Below are positions 11,146 through 20,000 of a DNA stretch of 20,000 bases, one piece after another. Below the pieces are notes generated by a model, which searched no databases, had not been told where the DNA came from, and saw only the letters and a list, made by a program, of their open reading frames with translations. The DNA comes from Gonapodya sp. JEL0774 (Eukaryota). The position numbers were made by a program, and so were the translations under genes. Numbering within the stretch: position 1 is the first letter of the stretch; each line of letters begins with the position of its first letter. The stretch is from assembly GCA_027604505.1 (NCBI GenBank), contig JADIIX010000118.1, positions 49,387-69,386 on the forward strand, written 5' to 3'.

Positions 11146-11558
11146 ATTCAAGTGCAGGGCTGGAGAGGGCGGCGAGGTTGGGAGGGGGATTCGGTTGGGA
11201 GGGTGGGAGAGCAGCAAGGAGGCAGTTTCGAGTGCCGCGTTGGTGGGAGTTTGAGCAATGTATTTGCGGGAGCGACCAGTGGAGGAATGACCGGAAACCT
11301 TGGTTTGAATGCGTGTGGGGAACGGGGAAGGTAAATCGAAACCAAGTAAGTTCAGTACCCTACATGGGAATCGGGAATGCAAAACATCCCCTCGCCAACT
11401 TCGCTACACCGCCCCAAACGCACCTGAAGAAAATTTTATCATCGGGCTGCATCAATATGGCCTCTCCACTCCCACTTCTACCTCTCGCGCCTCTCCTGCT
11501 TCTCCTGCCTGTCCGTCTTCTCCTCCTTCTCTCTCTCATTTCTCTCCGCCCCTCCCCG

Positions 11559-12376
11559 TCAAATTTGCCAACCAGACCATAACGACCCGGTCCTGACTTG
11601 CGCAGCTGTGACTCCACAATCAACGGTCATGGCACCGACCCAAAGATACAGTGTGGACCCAACAACGCCGCGGCGACGGACTGGACCTCGGAACCGTAAG
11701 GAGAATTCATGGACGCCGACCTTGCGGCCTACACCCCCTAAAACGCCGGCCTCTGGTGCCCAGCGCCGATCACGCGGCCAGCTGGAACTGAGACTATCCG
11801 GCGAATTGTAAATACTGGGCAACACCAAAGGCGCCTGGGCTACCGTCGGCAGGTATGCGGCGGACAAGGACGGCGGTGAGATGGAGTACGGGGAAACTGT
11901 GTGGCACGGCCGGGGAAAGTGAGGTAACCCCGGTATAGATTGCGACCGAGGTCGGGGAACAGGTGGAGCGCCATAACCGCCACTGTCCGGATGGCGATCT
12001 CCAAGGCATTCGGAGTGTGCCCTGACCCACCCACTACACTCGCCACACGCTCTTCCTCCATCCCAACCCGCCTCTCCTCCTCACTCTCCTCCAGTGCCCC
12101 CGTCCCCGTTCCCGTCCGCGCGGCAAACCCGATCCCAGCGGGACCGTTCCCAACCCCACAACCCCCCCCCAACACCATCACTCCCGTGCGATCCACCAAT
12201 GCCTCCGTGATGTACCGAGGTGCGCCGTGGGGCCATTCATGCCACGTGCTGGCGTCCCCGTGGGGCACCAACTTGGGCCTGGTGGATACAAAATTAGAGT
12301 GCGGGACTGTGGTGAGGGATGTAATTGCGGTTGCGCCAGGGCCCGACGGTGGCTGAGTGGAGCTGGCGACACACAC
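11559..12376 (-). pseudogene. GC-rich decayed coding-like segment, product unknown
   Basis: Overlapping minus-strand ORFs 11840..12376 and 11559..11867 look like one frameshifted frame (ALEIAIRTVAVMALHLFPDLGRNLYRGYLTF...WAPEAGVLGGVGRKVGVHEFSLRF). High GC alone could produce these ORFs. Confidence 0.25.
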
Positions 12377-13240
12377 CGAGGTTCAATTCGTGGCGGTGGC
12401 GGGGACAGGGACAGGTACGGGCCCCCGTACACGGTAACACTCACGTGTTGTGTCGTGACTTCCGACATTGCGGTCCATTCTCGTCTCTGGAGCGCAAAAT
12501 ACGCTTAGAAGGAGACGTCAACGCAGGACTGGTGGTGGTGAAGCATTGTGGATCCTGGGCTGTGTGTGGTTGAAAGTAAGGACAAAGATCGATGACGTGA
12601 GTGCTTGAGCCAGGCATAGACAAGAGAAGGTGGAGAAGGTGAAGTGAGGGAATGCGTAAGCTGCGACACATTGACTACACATAAAATTCAGTTGTCCCAG
12701 GTGACAGCGTGACTCGCTTCGAAAATGCTTCGCACTCGGTTTCACTCCTAACATTGTCCACTGTCTCCCAGACAAACCGCACGATGCTCGACGCTGATTG
12801 AGCGACCCATTACAGCGTTGGACGACTCTCGCGCGGGAAGTCAACACCAGAGAAAGAGACTGACCTTTCACCCGATGGCCCGTATGCCCATCACCGTATG
12901 CGGTGCAACTGTCATGGCCCGTTGAGTTCCCCAATGAGAATATTGGTTAGAGTGACCGGAGCAGGGACCGAGTATCAAGAGTGGTTGTGACTCTATGAGT
13001 ATGAGAAGAGGTAGGATCCGGCAAATTGAGCGTTTAAACTGAGCTGACAAGACGACTTGCAGCCATCTTCAATGCCAGCCCAAAAGGGGATGAGACTCAC
13101 CCTAAATAGCCCAGAGACTTCCAGAGGCAAGACCTCCAAGATCACCAATACTGACAATCCTTTGTGTGGGCATTCGGACAGAAAGAGCTGCATCGAGAAG
13201 GGCTGTGAGGGTCTCGGACAAACGAGGGTTAGAGACAAAT

Positions 13241-13961
13241 ATGACGGTTTCAGATCTCTCAATTGCGCCTTGCCCGTGGAAAGAATACCAAGAATTCCAC
13301 CATCTTCTGCTCGCGATCACCATCCCAGGAGCATTTTGGGACTTCACCCGTACAAACGATGCTCGCGCAACTCCACAAAGACATTTCATCTGCGTATACC
13401 CACGGTCTTTGCAGTTGAAAATGGTGGGCTCAATCGAGGATGTTGGTGATATAAGGAGAACGTCGTCCGAGACGAATGAAGGAAGCATGGGAAGTTGAAA
13501 CGCGAACAACATCTATGTGGAAATTGCCAAAGACTTTTCAGTGTGTTCAAGTCAACCAAAAAACGATACCCAAAAGCACTGTTCGAACCCCCGGTTGAAG
13601 TTGGGGCGGCTGCATAAATCACCGCAGTCAGAAGTACATGTTTCGTTGAATTTCCCCCTTCCCATTGCGAAACCTGTGATTTCATTCCCTTTGTCAAGTT
13701 CCTGGCAAAAGCTGTAGCTCACGTGACCTAATTGGGGGACACTTTCGCCTTCCGCCTTCCGCCGGTGACAGTTTTCCCTCCAAACCAGTCATCCTTCACA
13801 CGAACACAGTCACCCTGACGCTCTTTGCTTGATTTACCAAGCGACACTCAAATTGACATTGTAGAAAACTACCAATATACAACACGGAAGAGTAGCTTCT
13901 CCTTGGATGTGAAGGACTACGCGCCCAGCTTTTGTTATGCGCAAGAGGACTCTTCGCTCCC
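13241..13961 (+). pseudogene. Possible degraded 5' exons of the downstream orphan gene
   Basis: Protein-like frames are interrupted by single in-frame stops: EGSMGS*NANNIYVEIAKDF (TGA 13496-13498), FLAKAVAHVT*LGDTFAFRLPP (TAA 13729-13731) and LPIYNTEE*LLLGCEGLRAQLLLCARGLFAP (TAG 13893-13895). The last is in phase with the exon at 14030. Confidence 0.35.
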
Positions 13962-14029
13962 GTGACAGCTGCGCTCCATTCCCTCATAAAACTTTGCTTC
14001 ATTCCCCTTTGTTAACCTGTTGGTAAAAG

Positions 14030-16269
14030 CACGTGCTGCATGTGGCGGAGACGGGCAGAGTGGGGGACATTGATGACATCTTTCTCACACTCTTCCATGA
14101 CGCATATAAAACGGTTTCCTTCAAAACTGTGCTCTTTTGTCCTGCAAAAAACACGCGCTACCTCAACCAGTGTCTGTTTTTCTCGCCCTCGCCCCTCGAT
14201 ACAACTCCAGAGGCTCGTGCCGTTGTCAAGATGCTCGCGAAATCATCTGGCCCGTGAATGTTCACCACATGGTCGTGTTCCGAAACCTATTTGCCAACAA
14301 GCTTTACCTTCAGTGCTGATAGTCCCGCATCATTGAACTACTCGCCCTTTCTGTACATGTCGTATACCATGGTGGATGCGGGGGGTGTTACCGACTAGTG
14401 GGTTAATATTGACAAAGGACAAACACCTCACCCATCATGATTTAATCTTTCACTTGAAAATCCACATCTAGCGCCGTTCCAAAACCAGTGAACGAATCTT
14501 TCTACCTCGATTTCCTTTGGTTCTTAATGTTGCGACCATTTTGGGCGATATGCCAAGACAGGAGCCCTGAGGAGGTTAAGGATGTTTTCCAAAAAGCTCG
14601 GTGAGTTCCTTTAGACATAAATATACGCAGTAATAGCTATTGACATTGATCTCATTTTCAGAATTCAGTATGACAAACTGCCAACAATCGAGACTCCACC
14701 AGACGACAAGGCACATGAACAAGGACTTGTCATCCTCACCAAAGATGGTCGAAACTGTGTGCTCTCAAAGCTGGCTTTCGAAATACTCACGCTGTTTCAG
14801 AGTGGGAACCTTCAGGCTTGGTTTGACGGGAGGGAAGGCACTCCAGCATGGGACCTTGATATGTTATGGGAAGCAATTGGACTGAGACAAACTATTCGGC
14901 CGTAAGTGTCATATTCACTTCAAAGCGCACGTTCGGAAAATTCATGGACTTCAAAAATTAACACAACCTTCCCTTGTGCTGTGTGCTTCATCCCTGGCGC
15001 CTCACAGCCACATTACCTCCGCTTTCCAAGAAGCAGAACTCAACAACAATCCCACCTTGGAAACCGCGAGGAGCTTGACAGTGTAAATGTGATTTTGGTT
15101 TTACATTTGTTATTCTGTACTGAGCCACTTTTTTTCTTCCACTGGTGCACACAGGTCTCGCTTCGGTAGAGACTACCGCCCCACCCGCGCGCAAATCCAG
15201 AAAACCAAGGATAGGTGAGTTTTATTGTCAAGTATTTTTTGGCATTCACACTGCTTGGAACAAGTTCCTGCAGTCTTCCATGCTCTTTGGGGTTCTGCCG
15301 CACGACAGGAAAGTTTTGGGCAATCCAGGAGCACACCGAATATCATCAGTGAGTTTAATGAGCGACTTGCGACACAAATACCTTCTTAATTTTCATGATG
15401 TCTGTCAATTTAAAAGAATTTTCAAGTGTGTTCCCCTCACTGTCGAGAAGAAGAAGAAAAAATTACTTGAATCTGGTGCAGTACGCCTCGTAGTTCCCTT
15501 CCATGTGACATCTCGGCCCGGCGAACCATTCAACCTCTGTGTTGAGAGGGAATATGTGTGTGTGGAATCTTTTCAAGAGCTACTTGTAATTGTCATTGAA
15601 TTTGAGTGCGCGATCATTTGTTGACACATCCTTGAACCCACCTCAAGGGAGCCGACGACTACCACGACTTCCGAAACTATCTTGACTACAAAGACTACAT
15701 TGCAAGAGATGGGGCCCCAGGTGTTCCTCCAAAGCACCTGGACTGGCCCGATCTTGGAGTCAAGATGTTAAACCGTGGGAAGAGAGGTGCAGAAGGAAAG
15801 CTGAGAAGCATTCATTGGTGCGTGCTTCTTCATTTCAATGTCTTGAGTAAAAACGTGAAAAGCTCAAGTTCTTTGTAGGGCAAAGCTACAACATCTAAAG
15901 GAAGCTTTCAATGGTGCGGCACAACTTCAAAAGCTGCTGTACTTTGCCTCAATCAATGGATGCAACGAGTTTTCTGAGCTGGGTAAGTGTTTGCAAGACT
16001 TGAAATACTTGTTGTCATTTCTAAATCTGAAAACTTTCACTTCAGATACATTCACCTATGCTGCCACCCCTGAAATACGAAGGCTGTTGGGATTGGAGGA
16101 GACTCCCCCTTCATCCCGCGATTCCAGCCCAAAATCATCAAAATCTAGAGAAAGTGTCAGAACTCAGGAGTCGGGGGATGATGGTGGGGTGCAGCTGGCT
16201 GGGCAGAAGCGGGCGAGGGGAGATGACGAGCCGGAGGAGAAGGGCAAGAAAATCTTGCGCACAGATTAG
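14030..16269 (+). CDS. Multi-exon hypothetical protein, 5' end unresolved (exons 14030-14253, 14314-14397, 14472-14600, 14662-14901, 15008-15082, 15155-15214, 15274-15348, 15417-15480, [15547-15585 possible], 15648-15817, 15879-15982, 16046-16269)
   Basis: Ten or eleven consecutive GT-AG introns preserve one stop-free frame, e.g. ...YTMVDAGGVTDYAVPKPVNESFYLDFLWFLMLRPFW...AWDLDMLWEAIGLRQ...KHLDWPDLGVKMLNRG...QKRARGDDEPEEKGKKILRTD*. No domain recognised. Confidence 0.75.
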
Positions 16270-17762
16270 ATTAGTTGGATGCAATGCAATTGAGTTCTTT
16301 TATTGGAATGGTGAATAGCAGTTTCTTTCTTTCATCAGCTCTTTTGGCCACAATTGGCATAGACAAGATGAAACCTAAAATCTCCACCCAAATCATCTCG
16401 GTTTTCGGATATAGTTGCACGCGAGAGCTTGTGGTCACAAGCAAACAGCATGGAACTCCCAACTGAGGTCTCATTCTGGACAGCTTTGCAATCATTCTTT
16501 GGGCCGAGTGGCACCTTTCTGTTGCCTGCCATGATCATCGCTCATGTGCGCAGTGGAAGTGCTGAGCTGGGTTTAGCATGACTTCATAGCTGTGCACAAA
16601 ATCTGGGGATCGGAGGCAGTTGAAGGTGGAAGGTGTCGCGAAGACTCACTCAGTGTTGGTGAGTTGGTGATAACATGGGTGGCCTTCAACATCCGGCTCA
16701 ATCTCCCACCTCCTGCAGAGTGTTGTGGAAGAGGGTTATCTGCGGTTTTGTCTCTCACTCCTAATCGGTGGTTTGCTCTATGTAGCCTGTCTGACAGTGG
16801 CGCCTTTCCGCTGAACATATGGTCCTCATTGGGCCGTCAATTCCTCTCCCGATGTTCTTGTGCGGAGAAGAATTAACGTGCGTGATTTCTACGGCGCATT
16901 GTGCAAACGTCGGGAGTCGGCGACTCTTAAAGATTTAGGTTTCTGGCTTCTCTGCATTGCCGTGACCAAAACTTGCTCGGACGAACAGTCAGAGCTTAGC
17001 ATACACTCACTAAAAACACTGTAAGCTTTGGTGATCTGGTGGTGTACTCTGTATCACATCATCTCTCAATCTTAACAACGCTGGTTGACCCTGCGAGGAC
17101 CCTCCACATCCTCCATCTTGCCATGGAGCCAAGCCAATGGCACACCGCGAGCTCAGAGAAGTGTGAGGAAAGTCTGGAGACCGTTTCCGTTGTGTCTCAT
17201 TATTCGTCTTGTGTCCAGTTTTAGTGTTTCGGCGCCTCATCTGCTGGCCATATCAAGAGACGAAGGGACGAGTAGAACCCTATCAAGGCCATTCAAATTG
17301 AGACTAAGCGTGCTTATCGGATAGTAGAGTAGGGGTCGGCAGACCGGAGAAGTTGGGTGTATTGTGTAAGTATTCGTATAACCCAATCGTCAAAAATAGG
17401 GAAATGTTCATGAGCGCCTTCTGTGATATTCTGCACGAAGAGAATGAACAAAGAGAAATGTGATCACTAATTTGAAGTGGGGGAACGAAATTCTCATGGT
17501 GCTGACAAGAACGCCGTTGCTTGTACAATGACCACTTTAGCTAATGCTCTTGATTGTTTTAGCCGAACAACGGGCTTTGCCCGGCGAATGAGTTTGTAAA
17601 GAATACAAATGAAAGCCGAGACGGAGTCCAAAGATACACCTAAAATAGACGGAGGAAGCGAAGGTCAAGTGGTGTTTAGTTGATGGCCAAGCTTGACTGC
17701 GAGATATCAGTCATTGTGGAACAATGTGGTTTATCTGTAGTGCAAGGTAGTGGTAGCTCATT

Positions 17763-18790
17763 TTATTTCAGGCCAGAATGACAAGTTAAGGCACAATAAC
17801 GGTGCCATGTGTCATCGGTCCATCAGCTGTGGTGTTTGATGACTTTGATCAGCATGCCAATCGACCCCAAGTAGCTTGCTCCACCAGACCTAATAAAGCT
17901 ATGCCCAGAAGCTCTAAGTTCTGGCAAGAGGTTGTTGAGAGAATCAATGAACCAACCGCGGGTTGGCAGCTCCCCATAAGGGAGTGTGAACGCGAATTGA
18001 GTCTTCGGTTGACAAACTTGAAGATACTTTCTCCATGCAAACAGTGGGCATGTGACGTCAAATGTTGCGTTTAAGCGAACTTTGTTTGTTAATGCTTTGT
18101 GTAAGGGAGCCTGACACTCATCATTTCTATCCCCTGTTGGCTTTGTTCAATAGTCACCCTCTGCAGTTTTATTATGCGGTGGGGATCCCACGGTGAGCGA
18201 ATGGTGATTTCACCCAGCCGGAATAACCGAGAAAGGCAAATGAGCAGAGCACCCACATAATCGCGTGCCGTGGACCAGAGATCCCCTCCTGCGGCGATTT
18301 CTGGGGGATGGTGCATTGTGGAACCGACATTAGCAATGCCCGAGGCTTAGTCCTCGATGATGGGCTCGTTTAGTAGCTGGATCTGTTTACACTTTCCATT
18401 CAAAAATGAGACTTCCTCCTGAAAAATTCCTCCCCGGGGAGTGGGGCAGAGCAAGGAAGATCAGAAGACAGTGTCAGAGCGGGAGAGAGGGTGGATGAAA
18501 GTAAGGGGAATCGCGTGCGTGGAGGGCGAGTAAGGGAGTCGATTGGAATTGGCGTGATTGTGGGACAGAGATACATAGGGAGCGGAGTGGGATTTCGGAA
18601 CGGCAAACGGGATGGAAGGGGGAGCGTACAAAAGCCCGGCGTGGGGAAATTCGACGGTGGCAGTATAAATTCAAGAGCACGCAGGGTGATGCGAGAAAAG
18701 GGAAGGTGACTAAAGTTCTGGTTGGCACAGAATGAGAGCAGGGCGACATTTTACCTCCTGCTACGTGCCTCGCTCATCCCGCTGGTGGCT
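17763..18790 (-). pseudogene. Tyrosine recombinase of a DIRS/Ngaro-type retrotransposon, disrupted
   Basis: Motifs in order: GALLICLSRLFRLGEIT (catalytic Arg ~18220), SVRLPYTK (Lys), DVTCPLFAWRKYL, SGHSF(I)RSGGASYL (HxxR, 17903-17889), S*WTDDTWHRY (GRW-type box, catalytic Tyr 17798-17796). Stops at 18349, 18091 and 17825 and a frameshift near 18060-18090. The N-terminal extent (SFCANQNFSHLPF ~18730) is tentative. Confidence 0.88.
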
Positions 18791-19250
18791 CACCAACAAA
18801 CCTCGAATGACTGGGCACCTTGAACGTCAACTTGTCAGGAGCGCGTCCAGCACGAACCCCTCACTTGCTAGATGTCTCCAATCCTGGACTTTACAGCTCG
18901 GGATCCTGAATGGAACAATCATTTTAGTCTTTCCTTCGCACCAGAACGCTGCGACAACCGTCCATGTTCGAAATCTCAGGCCGGTGAGGCAACCTTCGTG
19001 CTTTTTGCTTGGCCCGCACAAACCCCCAATTGCCCAATCCCAACGAGCTGACAGAGCGCCTGAGCTTAACTCTCGCATGATGGGAGCGAGTTGACTCGCA
19101 TGATTTGCCACTACCGAGATGGAGAGCGGCTGTTCCTGCTCTAGTGTGGGAGGAGAAGGACGCTGACTTCACTGGGACGAGCATACAATGCGTGTAGAGC
19201 GGCTGACTGGTGACAAAGAAGCTTGGAGGTACGAGCCGATGGGGAGTTGA
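17763..19250 (-). mobile_element. Relic of a tyrosine-recombinase (DIRS/Ngaro-like) retrotransposon
   Basis: The YR is preceded on the same strand by faint RNase H / RT-connection-like remnants (WDWAIGGLCG, TVVAAF, VLDALL; IGSYLQAS...LHALYA), matching the RT-RH-YR order. No RT YxDD core or terminal repeats found. Confidence 0.55.
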
Positions 19251-20000
19251 GGATTGAAGTTGTCGATTGTCACAAATCTGTGCGCGCTCATTCAGGAGCA
19301 AGAGGGGAGTGACAGATTGGGAAGAAGAGCCAATCTGCAGGATTTCAAAAGACGATAGAGTGACGACTACGTACGTAACACCGCTGTTCAGTCCACATTC
19401 AGATCTTCCTTTAGTGCTCTTACTTTGTGATGGATTCCCTGACGCACTGCACTCCCCAACCATCCGAAAGGCGACGTTTCTGCGAGAGCAAGAACGTGCG
19501 ACAATTCTCCTAATCAGTTGTCACGAAGTTAGTAATTCATGGATGCTCGATATTCTCGTGGGCATCCGCGGAGCCATACTCAGCAATCCGTTCAACCCAT
19601 TCCACCGATGAGAAAGTATCAAGGACTGCGAGCGATTCTCCCGCTACATCGTGCGTTCCCTTGTATGTCAATGGAGATTGAGATGCCATAGTTGCAATTG
19701 GCCCAAGAGTCTAGAGGTGGAACGTGAATCAACCTGGATTGAGTCATCAGCCTCCACACACCAGCTGATTGAGAAAATCACCTGAATCCCAGGCTACGGC
19801 AACTTCATGTAATGAGATATTCAGAAAGGTTGGTCGATAGCTGACATTCAGCACAGGCAATTTAATGCAGCCGTCAGAGACGACAAGACCTGGTTCAGAG
19901 CCATTCCAGCCCAACCGAGGACACCTGGAGCACAATATTGGCGATGAAAGGTCTGCCTTTTATTGCCGTTGCTGTCCGAGTCTTGGAATATTTTTCATTG

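Noticed and set aside
11176..11210. G-run cluster with a ggttgggaggg duplication (G-quadruplex-like), and a C-rich tract near 12150-12171
   Set aside because: Ordinary low-complexity sequence with non-canonical loop spacing and no evidence of function.
14371..14393. ggtggatgcggggggtgttaccg resembles the reverse complement of 1232-1250 near the candidate TIR end, and is followed by CTAG
   Set aside because: The match is short and gapped, and lies inside a phase-consistent exon (VDAGGVTD) of the orphan gene. No hairpin precedes the CTAG.
1..20000. Hammerhead ribozyme cores (CTGANGA...GAAA), tRNA/rRNA genes, CRISPR-like arrays
   Set aside because: The CTGANGA hits I inspected (e.g. ~10417 +, ~16335 -, ~19745 -) lack stem II plus GAAA. 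No cloverleaf, rRNA or repeat-spacer pattern was seen by eye; a covariance-model scan was not run.
19267..20000. Plus-strand ORF 19267..19611 and later exon-like pieces
   Set aside because: No recognisable domain, in-frame stops and no consistent splice model within the window.

Overview
Eukaryotic genomic DNA with short GT-AG introns (mostly 50-75 nt). The intron style and an EFCAB5-like gene suggest a flagellated (zoosporic) fungus, which is an inference. There are two apparently intact genes, head-to-head with 70 bp between their first ATGs: a CAMK-group Ser/Thr kinase (-, 2978-4630) and a 9-exon EFCAB5-like gene (+, 4701-8650). The left end holds a ~1.3 kb element with long terminal inverted repeats and no recognisable transposase; its left end lies outside the window. 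Right of 8.7 kb lie an intron-containing argininosuccinate synthase fragment fused tail-to-tail to a spliced minus-strand gene fragment, other decayed GC-rich coding-like pieces, a many-exon orphan gene (open from 14030 to 16269, 5' part apparently degraded) and a DIRS/Ngaro-type tyrosine-recombinase retrotransposon relic. I found no convincing new biological system. The best leads are the orphan gene, the long-TIR element, the gene-fragment mosaic and the very tight divergent gene pair. All gene models were spliced by eye.
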